64,000 bases of DNA. Origin: Hyphococcus sp. GTDB lineage: Bacteria; Pseudomonadota; Alphaproteobacteria; Caulobacterales; Parvularculaceae. Positions 19,747-29,229 of this stretch are shown here, one piece after another (positions within the stretch are counted from its first letter, which is position 1; each line of letters opens with the position of its first letter). The notes under the pieces are model-generated. The model was not told the origin of the DNA and did no database searches. It worked only from the letters and a program-made list of their open reading frames with translations. The position numbers and the translations under genes were made by a program. The stretch is from positions 106,351 through 170,350 of the forward strand of contig CBDEVX010000016.1 of the NCBI GenBank assembly GCA_965243785.1, given 5' to 3'.

Positions 19747-20442
19747 GTGGACGCAGCAGCTCATTGTGATGCGCTGCTGCGTCAGCGCGATGAGGACCGA
19801 TGGCTGGCGGCGCGTTATGCGCCGCCACCATTACGTCGATGCCTGACTGCGCTTTACGCCTTACACAGTGAATTGCGGCTTATTCCCGGCCGGGTCAGTG
19901 AGCCGCCGCTCGGCGAGATTCGCGTTCAATGGCATCGCGACGCCCTCGCGGAACTGCGCGACGGAAAGCGTCCGCGCGCGCACCCGGTCATTGAGGAGGT
20001 CGCCGCCGCGGACCTTGCCGCGGAACCGCTTCGGCCATGGATCGACGCCGCCATTGATGCGTCGTCGCGGCCTCTTTACGGCGAAGGTTTTACGGACGTC
20101 GATGACCTCCTCGACTGGTTGCGCGCCGCTGAAGGGACGATCGACGCCGCCGCCGTCGCCTTAAGCGGCGGCGACGAGACTCTGTCTTTCGTTGCGCAAG
20201 AGGCCGGCGCCGCGTTTGCGGCGGCGCGCGAGGGAGGCGTTATTGCACCGGATGTCAACTTTGCGGAACGAACGCGCGCACTATGGCGAAAGGCAAAGCC
20301 GGTCATGCAGGTCGCGCAGGATTCATGCGCTCCGGCGCTCGCCCACCTTTTCCTGACGCCCGCGTATTTGCGGCGCGGCGCGCGGGCCTTTCCGCTCGTC
20401 AAGCGGTTGAGGATTTTTGGCGCGGTCGCTTTTGCGCGCTAG
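19747..20442 (+). CDS. Squalene/phytoene synthase family protein (NDUFAF6-like, probably non-catalytic)
   Basis: DEDRWLAARYAP, ALYALHSEL and VSEPPLGEIRVQWHRDAL; no DDxxD motif. Confidence 0.85.
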   Translation: MDAAAHCDALLRQRDEDRWLAARYAPPPLRRCLTALYALHSELRLIPGRVSEPPLGEIRVQWHRDALAELRDGKRPRAHPVIEEVAAADLAAEPLRPWIDAAIDASSRPLYGEGFTDVDDLLDWLRAAEGTIDAAAVALSGGDETLSFVAQEAGAAFAAAREGGVIAPDVNFAERTRALWRKAKPVMQVAQDSCAPALAHLFLTPAYLRRGARAFPLVKRLRIFGAVAFAR

Positions 20443-20445
20443 GCG

Positions 20446-22080
20446 CTATGTGTGATGCTCAACATGTTGATCGATAAGCGCCGTGTTATAGGCTTGGAGC
20501 GCTTTGACGCGCGACAGATACCCGATCACATTGTCACGTTCATCGGCGTCTACGACTGGCAATCCATATTCCTGTGAATCGGTCAGTCTCGCTAATGCTT
20601 CGCCCAGTGAATTCCTGTCAAGCAGGCGGGGCGCCTCTTGCGACAGGGGCGCGCCCGGCGGCATTTTCTCCATGACGTCGCGCACGCGGATCGTCTGTAG
20701 CAACACGCCGTGCGGGCCTTCGGACAAATCATAACCGCGCCGGCCCAGTTGCCAGTGGAAGAAGGATTTGCCGCAGAGCCATTGCGTAATCAGCGTTGCA
20801 ATCGCCACCGCAACCATCAGCGAAATTGTAATCCCGTATTCGCCGGTCAGCTCGAAAACGATAAGCGTTGTCGATATCGGTGCGCCGAGAATAGCGCCGG
20901 CCGCGGCGCCCATGCCGATCATGGCGTAGTAAACCGGGCTTGCGGTCGCCTCTGGAAATAGTTGGCCGAGTGTTGCGCCAAAAGCGGCGCCGGCGAAGGC
21001 GCCGATGACGATGCCTGGCGAAAAAACCCCGCCGCCAAATCGGCAGGATAACGTCACCGCCGTCGCCGCGCACTTCATCACGACCAATGTCGCCAGCGCA
21101 AGGATCGTGTATTCGCCGGCAAGGGCCTTCGTAACGGCTTCGTATCCGACGCCGAAAACTTCCGGATAGAACGCGCCGATCAACCCGACGATCAAACCGC
21201 CAAGCGGCGGCAGGAACAGATAGGAAAAGCCTATCCGGTCAGCGCGCTCGCGAACTTTTTCGGTCAGATTCTCTGTCGCTAGCAAAAAACCAGATGCGAT
21301 CAGTCCGCACAACACGCCGAGCAACGCGGCCAGCGGCACGTCGATTGTATGGACGGTGCCATAGGCGGGCGGGGCGAACGCCGGAAAATCGCCGAGGTGA
21401 ATGCGTGTGACAATTGCTGATGCGACGCTGGCCGCGGCGATCGGTCCGAATACGGACAATGCATAGTTCCCCATAATCACCTCAAGCGCAAAGAGGACGC
21501 CTGCGATGGGTGCGTTAAAGCTGGCTGAAACGGCGGCCGCTGCGCCACAGCCGAGAAGGGCGCGCCGTTGTTTCGCCGTGAACCCCATATGGCGATCGAG
21601 GAAAGACGCAATGGTGGCGCCCAGATGGACGGCTGGGCCTTCGCGACCTGCGCTGGCGCCGGACCCGAGCGAGACCGCAGAGACCGCCGCGGCGGCGAGG
21701 CCGGCCCTCAGTGATACCCGTCCGGCGCCGACAGCGCGCGCCTCAATCACGTCAGAGATCCCCTGGGCGCGGCCGTTTTCAAGCCATTTGAACCGGTCGG
21801 CGAAGAACAGCATGGCGCTGACGGCGACGCCGCCGATGACCGGCGCGGCCCAGGCGCGAAAAAAGTCAAGACGTTTGGCGCCGCTGACGACGCCGGCCTC
21901 ATCGGCCCCGAACGCAATCGTTGAGACGAAGTCGATCACGCCGCGAAAAAGGATCACTGCATAGGCGACAGCGACGCCGATCAGAATTGCGAACAGCCAG
22001 ACCCGCCACACATCGAGTCTTGCGGCGCGCCGGCGCATTCTCCTCAGGAAAATGAGAACGCGCGCAACCTTCCGGGTCAT
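20446..22080 (-). CDS. ClC-family chloride channel/transporter with C-terminal CBS region
   Basis: SAGREGPAVHLG, FNAPIAGVLFALE, GGGVFSPG, GAPISTTLIVFELTG and C-terminal VRDVM...LPVVD. Confidence 0.93.
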   Translation of the reverse strand: MTRKVARVLIFLRRMRRRAARLDVWRVWLFAILIGVAVAYAVILFRGVIDFVSTIAFGADEAGVVSGAKRLDFFRAWAAPVIGGVAVSAMLFFADRFKWLENGRAQGISDVIEARAVGAGRVSLRAGLAAAAVSAVSLGSGASAGREGPAVHLGATIASFLDRHMGFTAKQRRALLGCGAAAAVSASFNAPIAGVLFALEVIMGNYALSVFGPIAAASVASAIVTRIHLGDFPAFAPPAYGTVHTIDVPLAALLGVLCGLIASGFLLATENLTEKVRERADRIGFSYLFLPPLGGLIVGLIGAFYPEVFGVGYEAVTKALAGEYTILALATLVVMKCAATAVTLSCRFGGGVFSPGIVIGAFAGAAFGATLGQLFPEATASPVYYAMIGMGAAAGAILGAPISTTLIVFELTGEYGITISLMVAVAIATLITQWLCGKSFFHWQLGRRGYDLSEGPHGVLLQTIRVRDVMEKMPPGAPLSQEAPRLLDRNSLGEALARLTDSQEYGLPVVDADERDNVIGYLSRVKALQAYNTALIDQHVEHHT

Positions 22081-22223
22081 GACTTTTGCCTTGCCGCTTA
22101 AGGGAACTTCTTCATATCAGCATTCACCGCGCAGTCTAAATGTCACGATATGATTAACGCAGCATTCATCCTGCTTTGGCAGACTCTTGGCTGAGTCTTT
22201 CGGAAATCAGGACAGGCGAAATC

Positions 22224-25037
22224 ATGGCGGCAACGACGTCGGCGGCGACCCGCAATCAAGGCGACAAGATTGACCCAAAGCGCGCGCAGGCGGCGCTGAC
22301 CCGATGGCGGCGCGCCGTCGCCGAGGCGCTGGGTCAAGATCCTGGCGCGCCCCTCGACCAGCCTGACCGGCGCTTGCTGATGTTGCGCATTTTCGGTTCG
22401 ACGCGCCGTCTCGCTGAATTGTGCATGGCGCATCCGGCGGCGGCCGCGGCCGCGTTGACGGAAGGACCGTCGGCCGTGATTGCGGAAGCGGCGCGCGACC
22501 TCGCTGCGCTCGATGGCGGCGTCGGCGGTCCGGACGTTCTTTACGCTGCGCTCGCTCCGCTGAAAAACCGCGCCGATATAGCACTCGCCATTGCGGAGCT
22601 TGGCGGTCGGTGGAGCGTCGCCGAAGCGACGGCGGCTCGCGTCGATTTCGCCGAACGTCTCGTTGAAACTGCGCTCAGGTGGCTGGTGCGCGCAGCGGTA
22701 AAACGTGGTGAGCTGACGGTTGCCGACGAAAAGAATATGATGGCGGGCGTATGCGCTGTTGCGGGCGGGGATTTCGCCCATGAGGACCTTGCTCCATACG
22801 GACCGCTCGAACTGTTTTTTCTTTATGACGAAAGTGCGTTTCCGGGACCGGCGGCCCGCGGCGCCGACCGGGTGTTTGTTCGCGTTGGCGCGGAATTGAG
22901 GGAGGCCTTTGAGGGCAAACCTGGCGACTATGCGCTCTTCGCCTTGAAGACGCCGCTCGGTTCTGGCGTTGGCGGCGCGGGCTTTACAGACAGCGTTGCG
23001 CGCGCCCGCAAAAACGCCGAAGGCCCGCAAAGCCATGCATTTCGCAGTTGGCTCGCAACGGCCCGCATCGTCGCTGGCGATCGTTCTGCGGGCGGCGCCT
23101 TTCTAGAAGAAATCGAGGATAAGGTCTGGGGCGGCGCGCCGATCTTAAATGACGAGCTTCGTGCAGCGCTTGAGAAGGAAAGCGACGATCCGCGCGCTGC
23201 GTTTCGCCGTGTCGCCGAGCTTTGCCGGCTCGCTATTGGCGGCGCGCGTCCTGTGTTTCGCACAGCGTCGGCGCGCGAGGTTTTTGAAACCGCCGCCGCC
23301 TCGAAAGCGATCGGCGCCGATGCGGCGCGCCGTCTTGTCGCCGGCGAAGAACTCGCCCATCTTGCAGTTTCGCGCGCGCAGATGATGAAGGGCGGCGCGG
23401 CGATGGATGTCGTTCGCGCTGATGAACAGGACGCGCTCGCATGTCTCTGCGGCTACGCGAATTACGAGTCGATTGCGGCGGCGCTCGACGGCGCCCGGAT
23501 TGACGCCCGCAACACGCTGGCGCGCATGATCCGCGGGCCCCAAGTCGAGGTAGAGCGTTACCAGTCGGACGAAGAAGACGCTCAGGACGCAGACAAGCTG
23601 GAAGATCTCGGCTTCGCCAATGGTGAAAGCCTTTCAGCGGCGGTCGACGGCTGGGCGCGCCGTGCTGCTGAAGACGGCGGCGACAAACGATTTTCGGCGC
23701 TGGCGCCGGGCCTTCTCACCGCGTTCGGCGAAACCCAGCGTCCGAACCGGGCGGTGCGCCTGTTCGACAAGCTCGTATGCCTTGCCGAAAACAAGGCGGA
23801 CCTCTTTGCGATGGTTAGCGAGACCGCGCCGCAGCGCGATCCGCTCATCGATGCGCTTGGCTGTTTTTCCGGCGCGATCGAGCCGCTGACCCAGACCCGC
23901 GCCGGCGTCGCGGCGTTTTTTGAGCGACCGGGCGCGGAAACCCCGCAATCGGGCGCCGAATGGCTTACGCGCTACACGCCGCCGAAAATTGAGGGCCAAA
24001 AAACCCTCGACGACTACGCTGCCTGGCGCCGTGACGTCATGGCGCGCGTTGCCTTGTGCGCCTCCGGCGGCGCCACGTCTTTTGACGCGGCGGCAGAAGC
24101 ACTGGAAGCTATTCACATCCGTACCCTGACGGATACGTTTGACTTCGCGCGCGCGACCGCGCCCTCGGGAGAAGGCGGCGCCGCGGACAAGATTGCGCTC
24201 CATGTGTTCAACGGCGCCGGCGCGCATTTGCCCGGGGCCGCCACTTGTATGGGCTTTATCGCCGACGATGATCTCGGGGAAGCAGGCGACGCATTCGCCC
24301 AACGATACATGGCGTTGCTCGGCGATTTCGGCAGCGGCGTTTTCGCTATCACGCCCGACGTCTCTCATCGTCCATCCGGCGTTAGCGGGCCGATTGCGCC
24401 GGCGCTTAAAGCCTTCAAAACCTATGTCCAGTCCGAGGCCGTTGCATATGACCAGATTATGCTTGGCCGGGCTCGCGTCATCGCCGGCGCTGAAGGCGTC
24501 GCCGACAATGCGCGCGACGCGCTTCGCGGCGCCGTCGCCGGCGGCCGCCGCGCCGACATATTGTTCCGCGATCTTGACCGCGCGCGGGCGCAGAAAATGC
24601 GCCGCGAGCGAGCGAGCTCCGATTGGGATATCGACCGTCTCGAAGGCGGCCGCGTCGATGTGGAACTGGTCGTCAGCACGTTGATCTATCGTCACGCATC
24701 AGCGCACCCTGCTGTTCAGGACGAAAATGTTTATGAGGCGATTGACGCCATGGCCCGCGCCGATCTCATTCCGGAAGACACGGCCCAGGCGCTGAAGTCG
24801 GCGCGTGCATTCTGGACGCGGATGCAGACCGTTCGCACGCTGGCGCAATGGACAGATCCCGTGGCGACGCCGATCCGCCCGCGCTTCGGTAGGCAGATTG
24901 CGCGCGCGGCGGGCGTCGACAAGTTCGAGCAGGTGCGCCCGATCATGCGTGGTTACGCTGACGATGTGTCGCGTTTCTATGCGCAACTGGTGCTGGGCCG
25001 GCCGTCACTGAGCGTTGTTTCGCAACAGGCGGGCTAA
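22224..25037 (+). CDS. GlnE-like (glutamine synthetase adenylyltransferase-like) protein with degenerate active sites
   Basis: GlnE-sized ORF with two-module architecture; remnant motifs DVSHRPSGVSGPI, LGRARVIAG and EGGRVDVELVV. The GKLG...SDxDL signatures are replaced in both halves. Confidence 0.8.
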   Translation: MAATTSAATRNQGDKIDPKRAQAALTRWRRAVAEALGQDPGAPLDQPDRRLLMLRIFGSTRRLAELCMAHPAAAAAALTEGPSAVIAEAARDLAALDGGVGGPDVLYAALAPLKNRADIALAIAELGGRWSVAEATAARVDFAERLVETALRWLVRAAVKRGELTVADEKNMMAGVCAVAGGDFAHEDLAPYGPLELFFLYDESAFPGPAARGADRVFVRVGAELREAFEGKPGDYALFALKTPLGSGVGGAGFTDSVARARKNAEGPQSHAFRSWLATARIVAGDRSAGGAFLEEIEDKVWGGAPILNDELRAALEKESDDPRAAFRRVAELCRLAIGGARPVFRTASAREVFETAAASKAIGADAARRLVAGEELAHLAVSRAQMMKGGAAMDVVRADEQDALACLCGYANYESIAAALDGARIDARNTLARMIRGPQVEVERYQSDEEDAQDADKLEDLGFANGESLSAAVDGWARRAAEDGGDKRFSALAPGLLTAFGETQRPNRAVRLFDKLVCLAENKADLFAMVSETAPQRDPLIDALGCFSGAIEPLTQTRAGVAAFFERPGAETPQSGAEWLTRYTPPKIEGQKTLDDYAAWRRDVMARVALCASGGATSFDAAAEALEAIHIRTLTDTFDFARATAPSGEGGAADKIALHVFNGAGAHLPGAATCMGFIADDDLGEAGDAFAQRYMALLGDFGSGVFAITPDVSHRPSGVSGPIAPALKAFKTYVQSEAVAYDQIMLGRARVIAGAEGVADNARDALRGAVAGGRRADILFRDLDRARAQKMRRERASSDWDIDRLEGGRVDVELVVSTLIYRHASAHPAVQDENVYEAIDAMARADLIPEDTAQALKSARAFWTRMQTVRTLAQWTDPVATPIRPRFGRQIARAAGVDKFEQVRPIMRGYADDVSRFYAQLVLGRPSLSVVSQQAG

Positions 25038-25246
25038 GCGTTTAACCGCTTCAGCACGTAGACCCGCAGCGCCGACGCCAGTCCCGGCGGCGGCTCATGC
25101 TTCAGCCTGTCGCGGTCAATACGGGCGATCAGGCCCGCCAGGCTACGTCCGTCGGCTTCGGCGAATTCGTCAAGCGCAGCCCAAAATTCCGCCTCCAGCG
25201 CGATGCTGGTGCGGTGGCCTTTCAGCGTGACAGAGCGTTTGCGCAT
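25034..25246 (-). CDS. Ribbon-helix-helix domain protein (RHH_4 type)
   Basis: MRKRSVTLKGHRTSIALEAEFWAALDE...LASALRVYVL. Confidence 0.88.
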   Translation of the reverse strand: MRKRSVTLKGHRTSIALEAEFWAALDEFAEADGRSLAGLIARIDRDRLKHEPPPGLASALRVYVLKRLNA

Positions 25247-25332
25247 AATAGAGCGAACCGGCCGGCGAGGAGCCCCATACGCCGCCGGTTCGCCGCCGTA
25301 AATCAAGGCCGAAACGGCCTTGCTGGCGTCTT

Positions 25333-25554
25333 TTAATTCTTTGTCCAGTCGTCGAGCCCGTGGGTGCGGATTTTCGCGGTCGCGAGTGCGACGCCGTCGA
25401 TAATCCCGGCCATGTGGGAAACCGCCTCCGGGTCGGCGTTCGACAAATCCGAGCCGAGGGCGCTGTAAAGCGTTTCAATATCGACATTATTAGCGAACAG
25501 GAATTGCGCCAAGAGGAGGCGCGTCTGGCTGTCCGACGGCTTGGCGTCACTCAT
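25333..25554 (-). CDS. Small hypothetical protein (73 aa)
   Basis: Compact helical-looking ORF preceded by AAAAGGA, co-oriented with the RHH gene. Confidence 0.7.
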   Translation of the reverse strand: MSDAKPSDSQTRLLLAQFLFANNVDIETLYSALGSDLSNADPEAVSHMAGIIDGVALATAKIRTHGLDDWTKN

Positions 25555-25692
25555 GATGTCCGGTCCTTTTCCCGAGTCACTGTCTCAAATTCTTACACCG
25601 GCGCTGCCGCGCCTGACCAGAAACAGCAATTTTCAGTCCAATTTTCGCGCAAGCGTTAGCGGTCGGCGCAACAATAGGCTGCGTCGCCGCGC

Positions 25693-25730
25693 CATGACGC
25701 GAAAATGACGGCGTCATGACGCGATTTTCG
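25693..25730. promoter_or_regulatory. Operator-like array of three ATGACG boxes with 11-bp spacing
   Basis: ATGACG at 25694, 25705 and 25716; perfect palindrome GCGTCATGACGC at 25711-25722; outer inverted repeat CGAAAAT (25700) / ATTTTCG (25724). Confidence 0.6.
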
Positions 25731-25791
25731 GTGAATCCTGTGTAAGGATCGGCATAGATACGCCCGGCGTGGCGGGCGTTGCGCAGAGGGA

Positions 25792-26409
25792 ATGTTAGCC
25801 GTGAAAAAAACTGAAAAAATCGAAATCAGGGTATCGCCCGATGAGAAAGAGGCGTTGTCCGCCGCGTCGCGGTCAGAAGGTCGGACGGCGAGCGACGTCC
25901 TGCGGGAATATGTCGGCCGCTATGTCGATGCCGCGGCGACAAAGGCCGCGCCTGTAGTAAAGGAGAAGAAAAAAATGTCATGGATCAGCAAAGCCGCCTA
26001 CATCGCGCTGGGCGCCGCTGTTAGCGTCCCGGCCGTTTTGTTCGCCGCGTCTGAAGACGATCCGTCCAAGCCTGGATTTGAGGTGCAGGTCTCGCTCGTC
26101 GAATCAACCAGCGAGCAGGCGCGCGCCGTATATCGCGCCTCGACACGTATTCCGCTCGGGCGCAGCAAGACAACGACAATGGTTATGCCGGCCGTCGACG
26201 ATTCGGGTTATCAGATCACAGTCGTAACCGAAAAGAACGGCGATCAAACTTACGATTTCAGTTTCAGCATATGTCGTGAAACGGAAAGCGAGTGCGCAGT
26301 TGTTTCCTCGCCGAGAATTGTTACGGCGTTCGGCGGCCATTCGACGTTGAGCGTCGACAATGCAAGCAATGCTGAAATCAATATTGTTATTGCATCTCGG
26401 GAAACCTGA
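25792..26409 (+). CDS. Membrane-anchored RHH-type putative transcription regulator with a C-terminal extracytoplasmic domain
   Basis: N-terminal KKTEKIEIRVSPDEKEALSAASRSEGRTASDVLREYV (beta strand, helix, helix), a basic patch KEKKK, one hydrophobic helix, then a beta-rich domain with CRETESEC. Confidence 0.7.
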   Translation: MLAVKKTEKIEIRVSPDEKEALSAASRSEGRTASDVLREYVGRYVDAAATKAAPVVKEKKKMSWISKAAYIALGAAVSVPAVLFAASEDDPSKPGFEVQVSLVESTSEQARAVYRASTRIPLGRSKTTTMVMPAVDDSGYQITVVTEKNGDQTYDFSFSICRETESECAVVSSPRIVTAFGGHSTLSVDNASNAEINIVIASRET

Positions 26410-26415
26410 GGCGCC

Positions 26416-27021
26416 ATGATTGCGCGTGCGTTTCGCGCCGTGTCTCTTGCGGCGACGGGGCTGATGCTAAGCGCCGGCGCCGCCGGCGCCGAAGGGCCAA
26501 TCAACGTTCGGCTACATCATGAAATTCGCGCCGAGCGAGAGGCCCAGGCGCGCCAAGAGCTGCTTGCACTGCATCAAAAATACAATCTGGAGCGCTGGAT
26601 TTTCACGCGCGAGGTCATCGTTGAGTCCGGCGCTATTCCGCACAGTCACCCGGTGCTTACCGTCAATACGCGATATCTGGGTGATGAAATCGGCGCGCTG
26701 TCAGCCTATCTGCACGAACAGCTTCACTGGTATGCGGTAGAGAACGAAGCCGCTGTCGACGCCGCGATTGCCGATCTTGAAGAGATTTTTCCGGATGCGC
26801 CGGTCGGGGGCGCGGACGGCGCTCGCGACAAAAACAGCACCTATCTGCATCTGATCGTATGCATGTTGGAATTTGATGCGCTCACGGAACTTTTCGGTGA
26901 AGCGGCGGCGCGCGAAGAGCTTGGCTCAAAACGATTTTACCAATGGATCTACGCCCAGGTGCTTGAAAACGAGGCGCCCATTCGTAACATCATGAAAAAC
27001 AACAATATTTCGCCACCTTAA
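26416..27021 (+). CDS. Exported protein with HExxH motif (putative zinc metallopeptidase)
   Basis: Signal peptide MIARAFRAVSLAATGLMLSAGAAGA and YLHEQLHWY; starts 6 bp after the upstream stop. Confidence 0.7.
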   Translation: MIARAFRAVSLAATGLMLSAGAAGAEGPINVRLHHEIRAEREAQARQELLALHQKYNLERWIFTREVIVESGAIPHSHPVLTVNTRYLGDEIGALSAYLHEQLHWYAVENEAAVDAAIADLEEIFPDAPVGGADGARDKNSTYLHLIVCMLEFDALTELFGEAAAREELGSKRFYQWIYAQVLENEAPIRNIMKNNNISPP

Positions 27022-27036
27022 CGGCGTCATGTTCGG

Positions 27037-28428
27037 CTATTGCGGTTTGATCATCTTCTCGGGTTTGACGATGCGGTCGTAATCTTCTTCGCTGACAAAT
27101 CCCAGTTTTACCGCTTCTTCGCGCAAGGTTGTGCCGTTTTTATGCGCGGTCTTGGCGATCTTCGTCGCATTGTCATAACCGATCTCCGGCGCCAGCGCCG
27201 TCACCAGCATTAGTGATCGGCCCATAAGCTCGTTGATGCGCTCCTCGTTTGCAACGATGCCGACAATACATTTGTCCGTGAAGGATTTTGCGCTGTCGGC
27301 AAGGAGGCGGATCGATTGCAGCGTGTTGTAGGCGATCACCGGCTTGAAAACATTGAGTTCAAAATGCCCCTGACTGCCGGCGAAGCTCACCGCGGCGTTG
27401 TTGCCCATCACCTGCGCGCAGACCATAGTGAGCGCTTCGCATTGGGTCGGGTTCACCTTGCCCGGCATGATCGACGAACCGGGCTCGTTTTCGGGCAGCG
27501 AAATTTCACCAAGACCCGACCGAGGCCCCGACCCCAATAGGCGAATATCGTTGGCGATCTTAAACAGGCTCACGGCGATTTCATTGAGCGCGCCATGGGC
27601 TTCCACCATGGCGTCGTGCGTGCCAAGCGCCTCAAATTTGTTGGGCGCTGTCACGAAGGGAAGTTTGGTGTAGGCGGCGACTTCTTCTGCAAATTTTTCC
27701 GCAAAACCGACCTTGGCGTTGATACCCGTTCCGACCGCGGTGCCGCCTTGCGCCAACGCATAAAGGCGCGGCAGGACGCCTTCGACCCGTTCGATACCGT
27801 TAGCGGTCATTTGTACGTAGCCGGAAAATTCCTGACCGAGCGTCAACGGCGTTGCATCCTGAAGGTGGGTGCGCCCGATCTTGATAATGTCCTTGAACGC
27901 TTCGCGCTTGTCATTGAGCGCATTGCGCAGCGCCTGTAGCGCCGGGATGAGGCGATGAACGATTTCCTCCGCGGCCGCGATATGCATCGCGGTTGGAAAC
28001 GTGTCGTTCGACGACTGGCTGCGATTAACGTGATCGTTGGGATGCACCGGGTCTTTCGATCCGATTTCGCCGCCAAGGATCTCGATCGCCCGGTTCGAGA
28101 CGACTTCATTGGCGTTCATGTTTGATTGCGTGCCGGATCCCGTCTGCCAGACGGAAAGCGGGAAGTGGTCATTGAGTTTGCCTTCGGCGACCTCGCCGGC
28201 GGACTGTGCGATGGTTTCGCCGATTTTCGGATCGATATTGTTGAGCGCCATGTTGGCGAGCGCCGCTGACCGCTTGACGATCCCAAGCGCACGGATGAGG
28301 GGTGCCGGCATCGTCTCAACGCCGATTGGGAAATTGATCAGCGAACGCGCCGATTGTGCGCCGTAATACTTTTCGGCGGGCACGGAAAGTTCTCCGAAAC
28401 TGTCGGTTTCCTTACGGAAATGCGCCAT
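27037..28428 (-). CDS. fumC: Class II fumarate hydratase
   Basis: [38 protein letters not shown] and [13 protein letters not shown]. Confidence 0.97.
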   Translation of the reverse strand: MAHFRKETDSFGELSVPAEKYYGAQSARSLINFPIGVETMPAPLIRALGIVKRSAALANMALNNIDPKIGETIAQSAGEVAEGKLNDHFPLSVWQTGSGTQSNMNANEVVSNRAIEILGGEIGSKDPVHPNDHVNRSQSSNDTFPTAMHIAAAEEIVHRLIPALQALRNALNDKREAFKDIIKIGRTHLQDATPLTLGQEFSGYVQMTANGIERVEGVLPRLYALAQGGTAVGTGINAKVGFAEKFAEEVAAYTKLPFVTAPNKFEALGTHDAMVEAHGALNEIAVSLFKIANDIRLLGSGPRSGLGEISLPENEPGSSIMPGKVNPTQCEALTMVCAQVMGNNAAVSFAGSQGHFELNVFKPVIAYNTLQSIRLLADSAKSFTDKCIVGIVANEERINELMGRSLMLVTALAPEIGYDNATKIAKTAHKNGTTLREEAVKLGFVSEEDYDRIVKPEKMIKPQ

Positions 28429-28492
28429 GATAGGCGGCCCTTTCTATGTAGTTGTTGGCGGCTGTCTTTTAAGTGCGTTCGCAGAGCGAACG

Positions 28493-29017
28493 TTACTTTT
28501 TTCTGAAGGCGTCGAGGCTGACGATGTCAGCGCCGTCTTTGTCTTTTTCTTTCATCTTTGTGTCGTCTTCGGCGTCTCCCGCCGGTGCTTCCGTTTCGGG
28601 CTCAGACCCCGCCGGCGCATCGTCGCCGACTTCCATGCTTTCATCATCCGCATCGTCTATGGGCTCGAAGCGCAAGCCGAACTGAACGCTTGGGTCGGCG
28701 AAACTGGTGACAGCCGCGAACGGGATCTCAAGGCGCGCCTCCTTGCCTTTGAACCAGAGCGTCACGCCGAACCCCGCCTCGGTTACGGTCAATTGTTCAA
28801 ACTGATGCTGCAGAACGATTGTCATGCGTTCCGGATAATCTTCGAGGAGGAAATCCGGGATCGAAACGTCAGGCGCGCCCGTCAAGAACTCAATATAAAA
28901 ATGATGCTCGCCCGGTGCGTCTCCGACATCGGCGATCAGCTCCAGGACGTCGCGCATCAGATAGCGCAACGCCCGCTGCATCATGAAGTCATAGTCGAGT
29001 TCTACGTCGTCGCTCAC
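28493..29017 (-). CDS. sspB: ClpXP adaptor SspB (alphaproteobacterial type)
   Basis: HHFYIEF, YPERMTIVLQHQF, IPFAAVTSFADPSVQFGLRF and C-terminal IVSLDAFRKK. Confidence 0.92.
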   Translation of the reverse strand: MSDDVELDYDFMMQRALRYLMRDVLELIADVGDAPGEHHFYIEFLTGAPDVSIPDFLLEDYPERMTIVLQHQFEQLTVTEAGFGVTLWFKGKEARLEIPFAAVTSFADPSVQFGLRFEPIDDADDESMEVGDDAPAGSEPETEAPAGDAEDDTKMKEKDKDGADIVSLDAFRKK

Positions 29018-29229
29018 AAGCCGCGCCCCGGACCCTCAATCTACAAAGCTGGCCTATTTAGCGCCGCCGGACCACAAACGCCACAGCCGTTCTGGCGTCG
29101 CGCCAATCTTCCAAAATCGGATAGAAATCCCGGCTTCCTGCGCCAGGCGCTTCCTGCGGGCGAAGGCGCGCAAATTGATGAATCCCGGCGCCTGAACGCT
29201 GCGCTCCGCGATAATCTCGTCCAGAATGA

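Noticed and set aside
19747-20442. Carotenoid or hopanoid biosynthesis
   Set aside because: The protein lacks DDxxD motifs, resembles the NDUFAF6-like subfamily, and has no crt/hpn neighbours.
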